From Octopus sinensis (lineage: Eukaryota), in NCBI RefSeq assembly GCF_006345805.1, contig NC_043002.1, positions 65,534,001-65,598,000 of the forward strand: a DNA stretch of 64,000 bases, read 5' to 3'. Made by a program: the position numbers and the translations under genes. How positions within the stretch are numbered: the stretch's first letter is position 1; every line of letters begins with the position of its first letter. The notes under the pieces were generated by a model that worked only from the letters and a program-made list of their open reading frames with translations, was not told the origin of the DNA and searched no databases. Of the stretch, positions 41,696 to 53,480 are shown piece after piece.

Positions 41696-42718
41696 TTAGT
41701 ATTTAGTTGACATTCTCTTTGCAGTTTTTTAATTCAGAAACTCTTTTTGGCATTGAACTGATGAGCTTTGTGATTGTATCTTGTGGATTTTCTGCCTACT
41801 TTTCACGCAACAATCGAAACAATTCATCTTTAGATTTAGGTTTCTGTTGAGTTTACGTATAGCTCTATCTAGTATGCTCCAAAGATTTTCAATTGGGTTC
41901 ATGTTAGGAGATTGGCTCGGCCAAGGAAGCTTTTTGATACTATCTTCAGTCAGCCATTGTTGATCAATTTTCGCTGTGTGGCACGAAGCCCCATCTTCCA
42001 TGAATAAAAAGTCATTTTTCGTTATGTTATCGTGTGAACACATCGGAAGTAGTCCTTGCTTAAGTATTTCGATGTATTTTTAAGGGTTTATGGTTCCAAC
42101 ACATTCGATCAGCTCAGAATGACCATTACGACCATTGCTGATGACAGCTCCCCATACCATTGCAGAGATACCCCCATTTTCCACAGTTGGTTGGAATCGT
42201 TTCAAATCAAATTCTTGATTGGGAAGCCTCCAGAAACAAACACGTCCACTGTCTGAAAATAATGCAAATCTGGATTCATCTGAGAAAATCACTCTATCCC
42301 AAAATGAACTGGATTTTTCTGACATCTCCTTAGCCCATTTCTTTCTTTTCATTGGTTGAGGGAGAGGTTTTCTTTTAGCTGCTCGTCCTTAATACCCAAC
42401 CATATGCAGATATGTAACACACGTTCATGGATTAAATTCTAGCTGCTTTGCAATGTCAGAAGCCTTTGAACTAGGTTCGTTTTCCACATTTCTCTTCAAA
42501 CAGCGAAGCTTCCTTTCCGAGGGCCCAGGTCGGCCTTGACGAGAATCTGTTACTTCTTTTCCTTGGCTTTTCAATTGCATTATAATTCTACTAACAGTAG
42601 CAAGAGGAATTTGTAGATTTTCGGCAACTTTTCGCTAGCTAAGACCAGCCTCAGATTGCCCAACAATAGGACCTCTTTGAAAATCTGACAATTCTGCTGA
42701 ATGTTTTGTGCATGGCAT
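41696..42718 (-). mobile_element. Tc1-family DD34E transposase pseudogene (~340 codons)
   Basis: ATG at 42718 (MPCTKHSAELSDFQRG..., premature stop), GRPG, then VIFSDESRF...VWG, MEDGASCH...WPSQSPNMNPIENLW with 34 residues between D and E, end SMPKRV...STKY*. Stops and frameshifts; TIRs not resolved. Confidence 0.92.
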
Positions 42719-42879
42719 GGTTACTCTTCGCAAATGTTGAATATAATGGCACCTGGAAGGAAAAAGAATAATTACATTGTAAATTCTATACCACTGAAAA
42801 TATATTAAGACACTTAGATCAGAAATTTTGAAAAGGTATCTATTTACATTCTATTTATAGACTGTGTACATGTCTATAT

Positions 42880-42973
<94 letters not shown>

Positions 42974-43098
42974 GATAGATAGATAGATAGATATAGAGAG
43001 AGAGAGAGAGTTGAAATTTACAGAAAAACAAAAGACGAAAACAGTTGTATAAACAACAAACCGGTGTACTAGTTTGACGCGCGGGAAGGTGAGAAAGT

Positions 43099-43134
43099 CT
43101 TTTACGTTTCGAGCCAACGCTCTTCAACAGAAAG
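43099..43134 (-). ncRNA. Hammerhead-like motif with non-canonical core (CUGUUGA)
   Basis: Minus: CTTT-CTGTTGA-A-GAGC[GTTG]GCTC-GAAA-CGT-A-AAAG; same family as 26781-26816. Confidence 0.5.
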
Positions 43135-43244
43135 GAACAGGAGTAAATAAACAAAGAGAGAATAAATAAATATATATATATATATACATTTATATAGAGA
43201 AGATAAACCGACAGACAGACAGACACACAGGCAGACACACAGGC

Positions 43245-43346
<102 letters not shown>

Positions 43347-43814
43347 GATAGATAGATAGATGTGTGCGTCAGGTTTTATGTACATATTTGTGTATGTCTA
43401 TCATATATAATTATTGTAACTTCCATGTACCCTACGGCACATCGTGTCCTCCGTGCCTGTTTATTCTAGGGTTTCTTTATATTAATATTGTCACATACTC
43501 GATGAGAAGACGATTCTAGCTCTTAAGTGAACGTTCATCCATTCCTGGAAGAAAGGATCCCAATGAGTTGTCTTGTCTCAGAGCTGCTTAATCCGGATTT
43601 TAGAAGTCGAAACGAAGAGGAACGGAAACAGTTGAGACAGATGCACAGACTCACACACACAAACACACAGACACACTCACACACATATACACACACACAG
43701 TGAGACAGGATGAGACGAATCGGTCTTAGTACAGTGTGTTCAAAAAGACACTCTGCAGTAAGTATTATATTGCAAAATAAATATAAGATGCTATAAGACG
43801 ACAAAAGAATATAG

Positions 43815-45250
43815 TGCTGTGTGGTAAGTAGCTTGCTTCCCCTCGAGGGACGTCCCCCAAAGTGTCACTCGTGCCTGCAGCCAGGCCACATTAAAAGGAA
43901 CTGCCCCCAGGACCATGGTAAGGTCCTGGAACAGTTACTAGATGCCACCTCCCCTACCCGGTCAAAGGGAGAGGTAGATGTGGTCGAGGAGGCTTCAGCC
44001 TCCTTAACTCAAAAAGGATTAAAAACGAAGAAGGCGGGCAACAATAGTTGCCCGCCGAAGGAACCTAAGGCTTCGGAAGGCGGGGGAGAGTCTCCGGACA
44101 AAGCGGAAGAGCTCCACTCTCCCGAAGCCAGCAAGAAAAGAAAAAAAAGAAGGAAGAAGAACGGGTCATCTCAGCGGGGAGATGATGTGCCGACTGCATG
44201 TCCCGAAGTTGTGCCACCCAAGGTGGAAGAAACCACAACCACCCTTAAAGATGATCAATTAATTATCTTTTTCTACAAGCGCGGGGAGGTGGAAAAATAG
44301 TAGAGGAACATAAAGAAACAGTAGATATGCCCTTCACACGGGATCCCGAATGGCCTCCGCAGATAGCTGTGGAGGTCATAAGGTTTCCCTTGTGGGAAAG
44401 GCTCAAATGATTTGGAGAGGAGTGTCGCACATGGCCGGGTGGCCCTTACACGACTTACATGTCCTACATGAGTGAGGCATGGGAAATGCCGGGATACATA
44501 AACTCAAGCAGCATTGAAGATAATGATGAATATATCGATGGATGTATCGAAGAGTAGGTGAAAGACCCTCGTTACTGGGTTTGAAACCTCATCTTATTGG
44601 ATTATTTTGTAGTGGTTTATAACCTCAATTTTGTACTTTAAGAAAGAAAAAGAAAAAAGAAAGAAAACATGTTAAGTAAGAGGTTTTAGTGCCTCCCCTT
44701 GTAAGAGGTTCGAAACATCATATTGATTTTAAAAAAAAAAAGAAAATGTTTTAGAGAAAAATGCAATCGGCGGGTGTTGGGTTCCGTCTCTCATTTATTC
44801 ATTATATTTCATTTTCATTCATTAATGTATTTGTCCAGCCCACAAAACTCTTTGTACTGTCTATATGACAAATTTATGAAATAAAGTAGCTTGCTTCCAA
44901 CCACATGGTTCCGGGTTCATTCTCACTGCGTGGCACCTTGGGCAAGTGTCTTCTACTATAGCCTCGGGCCAACCAAAACCTTGTGAGGGGATTTGATAGA
45001 CAGAAACTGAAAGAAGCCCCTCGTATATATGTATATATGTGTGTATATATGTTTGTGTGTCTGTGTTTATGCCCCCCAACATCTCTTGACAACCGATGCT
45101 GGTGTGTTTGCGTCCCCTTAACTTAGCGGTTCGGCAAAAGAGACCGATAGAATAAGTACTAGGCTTACAAGGAATAAATCCTGGGGTCGGTTTACTCGAC
45201 TAAAGGCGGTGTTCCAGCATTGCCGCAGTCAAATGATTGAAACAAGTAAA
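43815..45250 (+). mobile_element. SINE family A interrupted by the Tx1-like insertion
   Basis: Head GCTGTGTGGTAAGTAGCTTGCTTCC resumes at 44884 and continues to the tail GAAACAAGTAAA. Confidence 0.9.
43841..44883 (+). mobile_element. Tx1/L1-like insertion carrying only the 3' part of ORF1 (CCHC knuckle) and a LINE-type 3' tail, with 15-bp TSD
   Basis: LEGRPPKCHSCLQPGHIKRNCP (CX2CX4HX4C) then a basic low-complexity region. TSD AAGTAGCTTGCTTCC at 43826-43840 and 44884-44898. The 3' end (ACAAAAC...CTTTGTACTGTCT...TGACAAAT...ATGAAAT) resembles 63810-63882. Confidence 0.8.
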
Positions 45251-45330
45251 GTAGACTTTACAAGACTTTAAAAACTTTATAAGAGGTGTAGAAAGTGTCG
45301 TCCTTCATTTTCAACTATTTTACTTTTCGT

Positions 45331-46032
45331 GATTGGTTGGTTGGTTGGTTGGTTGATTTGTTGGCTGGTTGGTTGGTTTGTTGGTTAGTTGGTTGGTTGG
45401 CTTGTTGGTTGGTTGGTTGGTTTGTTGTCTGGTTGGTTGGTTTGTTGGTTAGTTGGTTGGTTAGTTGGTTTGTTTTTTGGTTGGTTGGTTGGTTGGTTGG
45501 TTGGTTGGTTGGCTGGTTGGATGGTGGGTTGATTTGTTGGCTGGTTGGTTGGTTGGTTTGTTGGTTAGTTGGTTGGTTGGTTTATTGGTTGGTTGGTTGG
45601 TTTGTTGTCTGGTTGGTTGGTTGGTTGGTTTGTTGGTTAGTTGGTTGGTTGGTTGGTTTGTTTTTTGGTTGGTTGGTTGGTTGGCTGATTGGATGGTTAA
45701 TTGGTTTATTCGTTGGTTGGTTGATGCTTAGTTGGCTGGCTGGTTGGTTGGTTGGTTGGTTGGTTGGCTCGTTGTTTGGTTGGTTGGTTGGTTGGTTGGT
45801 TGGTTGGTTGGTTGGCTGGTTGTTTGGTTGGTTGGCTGGTTTGTTGGTTGGCTGGTTTGTTGGTTGGTTGGCTGGCTGGTTTATTGTTTGGTTTGTTGGT
45901 TTGTTGGTTTGTTGGTTTGTTGGTTGGTTGGTTGGTTGGTTGGTTGGTTGGCTGGCTGGTTTATTGTTTGGTTTGTTGGTTGGTTGGTTTGTTGTTTGGC
46001 TGGTTGGTTGGTTGGCTGGCTGGCTGGCTGGC
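45331..46032. repeat. ~700-bp degenerate (GGTT)n tetranucleotide array
   Basis: Directly visible, with GGCT/TGTT variants. Confidence 0.95.
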
Positions 46033-47207
46033 TAGTTTCCTACTTGCTTGATGAGAAAGGATTAGTTCGGTGCTGAATTTCGTATTCAAGCTTCCTCTTG
46101 TGAACTTGTGTATAAAAACATATTTCGTTGTATCTCAGGAGGGTTTGTTATACCAATAATATACACACGTATCTTCTGGATCTTTAGGAGGTTATTTTCT
46201 TAATTGGTCAATTATTTAACCATTTAATTGATTGATTCTTCGATCAATCACTCAACCATATACTTTCATCACCACTTCTCAACGACATGCTCCCCATTGG
46301 ACATAAAGCTAATATGTATTTAAACATTAAGAAAAGAGACAGGTAGAAATACATTACGAAATTCACGTCATATTTTTATAGAATATGCTCAATGACGATT
46401 TACTATACTGTTATGCAAGTTATGCAAAATGTTATAATCATAGACTTGGAGACTGTAAAAAGTAATAAAGATACGCAGAATTACACAGAAGTAAAGCTAC
46501 ATTTTCATCTATACAAAAATAGGTTGATGTATTTATAATTATGGGAAACGGCTTTGACCATATTATAAGTTAAAACTGCGGGACACATCAATCTATGTGC
46601 GGTTCCACATCAATCTACGTACAGATTTGTTCAATTTTTAATCTAAATTTACAATTTTTGTAATTTCAATTTAAAATGATTTTCTTTACACTTTCTCCTA
46701 ATTTTATTTCACTTTCGTTATTTCTATTTCTTTTTATATAATTGCTTCTTTTCTCAATTTTCTAATTTACTTTGTAAGTTCTCTGTAATATTTCCTAAAA
46801 GGAAGAGCATTTTACATTATATTTTATGCTATTTCAAGTTTTCTTTTCGCATATATTCTATTTAATGGTTTTTATCGTCTTTTAACAGAAATGTTCTGGT
46901 AGACAGCTTAGGTTAAGCACATAGCTGTTTTGATTGTCTAACTCTAAATTGTTCTGATTCTGAGTGCAGCAGTTTATCTTCCTTGTTTTTTGTCTCTCTT
47001 CTCTGTCAATTACTATGACTTAATTGTACATGCTTGCATGTACACATTTGTGCTAAGACATTGTAGACAAATAAAATATATATCTACAATACATATGCAT
47101 GTGTGTGTATATGTATAAATGATTGTATGATTACGTATGTATATACATATAGCCTATGTATGTCTGGATATATTTTATATATATGTATATATATATGTAT
47201 ATATATA

Positions 47208-47245
<38 letters not shown>

Positions 47246-47478
47246 GCGCGCACCCATACCAATATTTATATATATACATATATATGTATATATACAGCAA
47301 TATAAATGTATAAATAGTACACATGTACATATACTACAATAATACATGTGTAAATATAATATATACGTGCATATATATGTATATACGTGCATATATATAT
47401 ATATGGGTATGTGTGTCTGTGTTTGTATGTAAATATACATATATATGTGTATGTATATATATGCATGTATATATGTAA

Positions 47479-47595
<117 letters not shown>

Positions 47596-47871
47596 CAGAT
47601 AGATATATAGATAGATGTAGTCGTCCATTTTCGTTTCTTCTTCATAAAATTATTTGTTAGAGTTTGGCAAAAATTCTGTGCAATATAAAGAGAATGTGAG
47701 GGTCAATAAACGAAGCGCTGGTAAATGTATCAACAAATATATACATGTGTCTATGCATGCATGTGTGTATACATACATTAACATACATACACACATATAT
47801 ATATATTTATATATATATACATACATACACACATATATATACACCTACATACACATTCACACACTCATATA

Positions 47872-47905
<34 letters not shown>

Positions 47906-47916
47906 CCCACATATGT

Positions 47917-47947
<31 letters not shown>

Positions 47948-48013
47948 CCCACATATGTATACATACATATATACACATACATACAACCACACATACACAC
48001 GCACACTCACATA

Positions 48014-48095
<82 letters not shown>

Positions 48096-48278
48096 AGCAA
48101 TAAAGGGTATAGCAACGAATTGCCTTACCACATACCGAATTTAGAAATAGCAGTCAAAGAGTTATAGCTATTTCTTCTACTAAAAAGGGAGATCTCAGTA
48201 AAAACAGCAATTGGAAGGCAGACACAAACAGGTAAAGGAGAATGAATTGACGGCAATCTATTATACAATTTTAAGTTA

Positions 48279-48385
48279 TCTACGGACGTACGTTTCGAAA
48301 TCAAGTTTTTAGGAAAGCATAAGAATTAAATATTAAATATTAAATAATTCTATCTCACCAAAACTTCTTTTCTCTTCAGCGTAGA
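48279..48385 (-). ncRNA. Type I hammerhead ribozyme, canonical core, extended stem II (copy 1)
   Basis: Minus: UCUACG-CUGAAGA-GAAA[~68 nt]UUUC-GAAA-C[GUAC]G-UC-CGUAGA; predicted cleavage after the C at + position 48285. Confidence 0.85.
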
Positions 48386-48878
48386 ATACTATAATCATAA
48401 ATGATTATATATTGAATTTTGAGATACTAGAAGGCACCAACTCAACTCAGTATCAGAGCGAGCTAGAATCCGCAACTAGTATCACCAAATTCAGTGTTTG
48501 AATGAAAAGATTGTGTCACCAGCCCCTTCCCACCCGCGTGTAGCCAAAACAAGATGCTGTGGTCATCTACTGAGATAAAATATGGTTATCCGTAATAATG
48601 AAGGGTGAAATTAATTAATTTGGAATAATTATCAATTACACCAAGTAGTCTTCGGCATGTAAAAGCCTCATTCGAGGAAAATTTAAGTAATACTAAGCAA
48701 TAAAGGGTATAGCAACGAATTGCCTTACCACATACCGAATTTAGAAATAGCAGTCAAAGAGTTATAGCTATTTCTTCTACTAAAAAGGGAGATCTCAGTA
48801 AAAACAGCAATTGGAAGGCAGACACAAACAGGTAAAAGAGAATGAATTGACGGCAATCTATCATACAATTTTAAGTTA

Positions 48879-48984
48879 TCTACGGACGTACGTTTCAAAA
48901 TCAAGTTTTTAGGAAAGCATAAGAATTAAATATTAAATATTAAATAATTCTATCTCACCAAAACTCTTTTCTCTTCAGCGTAGA
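48879..48984 (-). ncRNA. Type I hammerhead ribozyme (copy 2, C11.1-to-U variant)
   Basis: As copy 1, but + strand reads CGTTTCAAAA, giving a G10.1-U11.1 wobble. Confidence 0.75.
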
Positions 48985-49470
48985 ATACTATAATCATAAT
49001 GATTATATATGAATTTTGAGATACTAGAAGGCACCAACTCAACTCAGTATCAGAGCGAGCTAGAATCCGCAACTAGTATCACCAAATTCAGTGTTTGAAT
49101 GAAAAGATTGTGTCACCAGCCCCTTCCCACCCGCGTGTAGCCAAAACAAGATGCTGTGGTCATCTACTGAGATAAAATATGGTTATCCGTAATAATGAAG
49201 GGTGAAATTAATTAATTTGGAATAATTATCAATTACACCAAGTAGTCTTCGGCATGTAAAAGCTCATTCGAGGAAAATTAAGTAATACTAAGCAATAAAG
49301 GGTAGCAACGAATTGCCTTACCACATACCGAATTTAGAAATAGCAGTCAAAGAGTTATAGCTATTCTTCTACTAAAAAGGGAGATCTCAGTAAAAACAGC
49401 AATTGGAAGGCAGACACAAACAGGTAAAAGAGAATGAATTGACGGCAATCTATCATACAATTTTAAGTTA

Positions 49471-49577
49471 TCTACGGACGTACGTTTCGAAATCAAGTTT
49501 TTAGGAAAGCATAAGAATTAAATATTAAATATTAAATAATTCTATCTCACCAAAACTTCTTTTCTCTTCAGCGTAGA
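49471..49577 (-). ncRNA. Type I hammerhead ribozyme (copy 3)
   Basis: Core and stems identical to copy 1. Confidence 0.85.
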
Positions 49578-49784
49578 ATACTATAATCATAAATGATTAT
49601 ATATTGAATTTTGAGATACTAGAAGGCACCAACTCAACTCAGTATCAGAGCGAGCTAGAATCCGCAACTAGTATCACCAAATTCAGTGTTTGAATGAAAA
49701 GATTGTGTCACCAGCCCCTTCCACCCGCGTGTAGCCAAAACAAGATGCTGTGGTCATCTACTATATATATATATATATATATAT

Positions 49785-49826
<42 letters not shown>

Positions 49827-50389
49827 ACACACACATACATATAAAAGTGTATATACAAATACACACATATGAACAATTATTTGCAACAAGCCTGTCCTCT
49901 CTCTCTCTCTCTCCCAACAAAAATGAACAACTGTTAACAATATCAACAAGAACAACAACAACATCAACGACAGCGAAGAGGACGAGAAGTAAAAAAAAAA
50001 TAAAACCAAGAACATGATAATAAATAATAACAGTAAAGCAAACTCAGAAAAAAAAAATGAAAATAGAAACGCAGAAAAGCTGAAGAACAACAACCAAAGA
50101 ACGACAAAGCGAAAAGATTAATATGCATGTTTCACATTTTGAGAATTTCGCAGTAAATTTTGCTTTGCTTAGAATCACAAATAACCTCGGGATTTTTCTC
50201 ACATCCTCTCTCTTTCTCTCGCCGTTTCTCTCTCTCCCTCTCTCCCTCTCTCTCTCCCCCTCTCTCTCCCTCTCTCTCCCTCTATCTCTCCCTCTCTCTC
50301 TCTCTTTTGTCTTTCTCTTTATTTGTATCACCTTATCGCATTCTTATTGTGCCCAGTCGTTTAGTTTTTAATCAATCCGTCCTTCTATA

Positions 50390-50660
50390 GCACTTCTCTC
50401 TCCTCTCGCTCTCTCTGTCTATCTATCAGTTTCTCTCTCTCTCGCTCTCTTTCTTTCTCTGTATCACTCAGTCCCTCCCTTTCTCTCCCTCTCTCTCTCT
50501 CTTCCTCTCTCTCTCTCTCTCTCTCTCTCTGTCTATCTATCAGTTTCTCTCTCTCGCTCTCTTTCTTTCTCTGTATCACTCAGTCCCTCCCTTTCTCTCC
50601 CTCTCTCTCTCTCTTCCTCTCTCTCTCTCTCTCTCTCTCTCTCGCTCTCTCTCCTCTTCG
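50390..50660. repeat. (CT)n-rich tract with a ~115-bp tandem duplication
   Basis: GTCTATCTATCAGTTTCTC...GTATCACTCAGTCCCTCCC occurs twice. Confidence 0.85.
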
Positions 50661-50805
50661 ATTGATACTCAAGAATTTTGAGATAGGAAATAAAGTAATG
50701 GTTTATTGTTTCCGGTAACACAAGTATCTGCTGAGCTTGAGGGCAAAAGTAACAATAAAAGACTACTACTACTACTACTATTACTACTACTATTACTACT
50801 GTTGT

Positions 50806-50840
<35 letters not shown>

Positions 50841-51217
50841 TTACTACTATTATAACCGAGAAAAAGAAGAAAAAGAAGGAGAAGAAAAAGAAGAAGAAGA
50901 AGAAGAAGAAGAAGGAGAAGAAAAAAAAGAAGAAGAAGAAGAAGAAGAAGAAGAAGGAGGAGGAGGAGGTGGGCAGCCGCAGCAGCAGCAGCAGGAGCAG
51001 GAAGAGGAGAAGGAAGGAGAAGAAGAAGAAGAAGAAGAAGAAGAAGAGGAGGAGGAGGAGGAGGAGGAGGAGAATAACAACAACAACAAGTGTGCAATGA
51101 AAAGAAGAACAAGAAAAAAGAGGAAAATAAGATGGAGAACAAGATAAGGAAAACGAATATCGTGATGGGTAAATGTATAAAAAACTCAAGAAGGTAGGTG
51201 GCAGAAGCAGCAGCAAC

Positions 51218-51249
<32 letters not shown>

Positions 51250-51561
51250 GAGGAGGAGGAGGAGGAGGAGGGTGTAGCACTAGCCTTAGCATGTGGAGGA
51301 GGGTTAGAATGTTAGTCAAATAGCAGAAGGTATGGTGTAGTTGTTGTCGTCGTCATCGCCCTCATCGCCATCATCGTCGACGTCGTCCTCATCGCCATCA
51401 TCGTCGATGTCGTCTTCATCTTCACCAGCAGCATAATCATCACCACTATGGTTATTATAATTCTGATCATTGCCCCCAATCGTCATTATCATCATCAACT
51501 TTATTATTATCATCATGAACTGCAACTTTATCATCATCATCATCATCATCATCATCACCAC

Positions 51562-51604
<43 letters not shown>

Positions 51605-51798
51605 GTCTTCAATTTCATCATCATCATTAGCAATTTGAAAAATGCGTAAAGCGTTTCTTTATTTCATAGCGAGATAGTCTGCAATCACTCAATGTCGCGA
51701 TTCTCTAGAATATTACCCACATGATTAACAAAATCTTACCAATCATCTTATTTTCCTCTTTTGATGCGCTTCTTTCTGGGCTTAATCCTCAATATATT

Positions 51799-51833
<35 letters not shown>

Positions 51834-51899
51834 GGGGGGGGTTAGGAATATTGAATTTCTAAATGTCTCAGAGAGACACAAGCGGTGGTGAAGCGATAG

Positions 51900-52159
51900 A
51901 GTGATCGTATACTGTCAACTCAATGTGACAGTCCCGTAAGGGAATTACTTCACCGCCATTTAGCCCTAGGAAATATCGACGTCTCCTGTCGGCTTTGACA
52001 CATTTTCTGTGTCCTTATATTTGCACTCCCCTTTGCAAATATAAGGACACAGAAAATGTGTCAAAGCCGACAGGAGACGTCGATGTTTCCTAGGGCTAAA
52101 TGGCGGTGGTGTAATTCCCTTACGGAACTGTCACATTGAGTTGACAGTATACGACCACT
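51900..52159. repeat. Near-perfect 260-bp palindrome (126-bp arms, 8-nt loop), foldback/MITE-like
   Basis: 51900-52025 pairs with 52034-52159 without indels, about 5 mismatches; loop CTCCCCTT. Confidence 0.92.
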
Positions 52160-52321
52160 ATATATATATGTGTAAATATATAACTTTGACACACTTTGAC
52201 TACTTGATAGAGAGCTTTGGCAGAGGATTGAGAGAGGGGCAGAGAGGAGACTGTGACAGACAGACAGCGAACAGACACGGACAGTTGCTGAATCGAGCTG
52301 ACAGCGGCCACAATGATCATC

Positions 52322-52515
52322 AACGACAGCAAGAGTGGAGGTGCAATGGCCTAGTGTTTAGGCTAGCGGACTCGCGGTCGTAAGAACGTGATTTCGATTC
52401 CCAGACCACGCATTGTGAGTGTTTATTAAGCAAAAAACACCTAAGCTCCACGAGGCTCCGGCGGGTGGTGGCTGGTGAACCCCGCTGTACTATTTCACCA
52501 CAACTTTCTCTCAAC
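52322..52515 (+). mobile_element. SINE family D, 5' part
   Basis: GCAATGGCCTAGTGTTTAGG...ATTTCGATTCCCAGACC...CACCTAAGCTCCAC matches 14019-14350. Confidence 0.75.
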
Positions 52516-53059
52516 GTTTCTTCCTGTTTCGGCCACAAAGCAGAGGGACCATAGTGTAACCCACTATGGTGTGGTAAACTTTCAGACCCTAGTCTAGATT
52601 GCGAATCCTCTGTACCCAGGATGGTTCAGCTCTCCACCCGTTAAAAGCCACCGTTTACGCAATGAAGATAGCGTAGCTTTCGCGCCCGTGCAACCGCCAA
52701 TCTATCGCGTGTGGTGGGTGGATCTTCAAGTTGCGACACGCATTCTTTTTAGCTTAGAGTAGGCTCGAATTGGAGATTATTCTTTGTGGCTAATGGCGTG
52801 AGTCCTAATTGGAAGAAGAAGAAGAAAAAGAAGAAGAAGAAGAAGAAGAAGAAGAACAACAACAACAAGCAGCAGGAGTATAACGACTGCGTCAATGAGT
52901 CAAAAACGAATGAAGAGGTAAATGTTGAGAGGAAGAAGGTGGAGGTTTATGATCAAGAAGATGGAGATAAGAAAAAAACACACACACCACCACCACCACC
53001 ACCACCAATGACAAAATAATGTTTCCAGATTTCGATTCAGGGTCAATAGTTTTTGAGGA

Positions 53060-53480
53060 GAAGGGGAACCCTATTACGTCGACCCAATATTTGACTGGTA
53101 CTTATTCTATTGACCACAATAGGATGAAAGGCAAAGTCTATTTCGGTGGAATTTGAACTCAGAACGTACAAACGTACGAGAGGCCGCTAAACATTTTGCT
53201 CGTCATTTTTGGCAGAGGATTGAGAGAGGGGCAGTTCGCCGCTTTACAGCAAAGAAATAATCCTTTTTCTGGTGGGCACCAGTCATGAATATTGGTGGGG
53301 GATAGGGGCTGAGGGGCTAGTTGATTACATCGACCCCCAGTGCTCAACGGGTACTTATTTTGTCGACCTCGAAAAGATGAAAGACAAAGTCGGCGGGATT
53401 TGAACTCGCTACGTAAAGACGGACGAAATACTGCTGTGTTTTGCTCGCCATGCTAACGATTCGACCAGCTCTCCGCCTTA
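53060..53480 (-). mobile_element. Two family B SINEs (~53060-53245, ~53300-53480)
   Basis: Both show GGTACTTATT...GATGAAAG-CAAAGTC...ATTTGAACTC...CGCC. Confidence 0.75.

Larger units (their letters stand above)
48094..49762 (-). mobile_element. Retrozyme-like tandem array: 2.8 copies of a ~600-bp non-coding unit, one hammerhead per unit, between (TA)n tracts
   Basis: TAAGCAATAAAGGG starts at 48094, 48694 and 49289; array ends at 49762. No ORF; a few substitutions and 1-2-nt indels between copies. Confidence 0.8.

Noticed and set aside
41360-42830. TIRs for the Tc1 transposase
   Set aside because: No matching inverted pair identifiable on the two flanks
48644-48682. Second hammerhead within the 600-bp unit (minus: CGAATGA-GGC...GCC-GAAGAC)
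   Set aside because: Both core boxes are non-canonical, and the alternative hairpin CCTC-GAAT-GAGG explains the sequence
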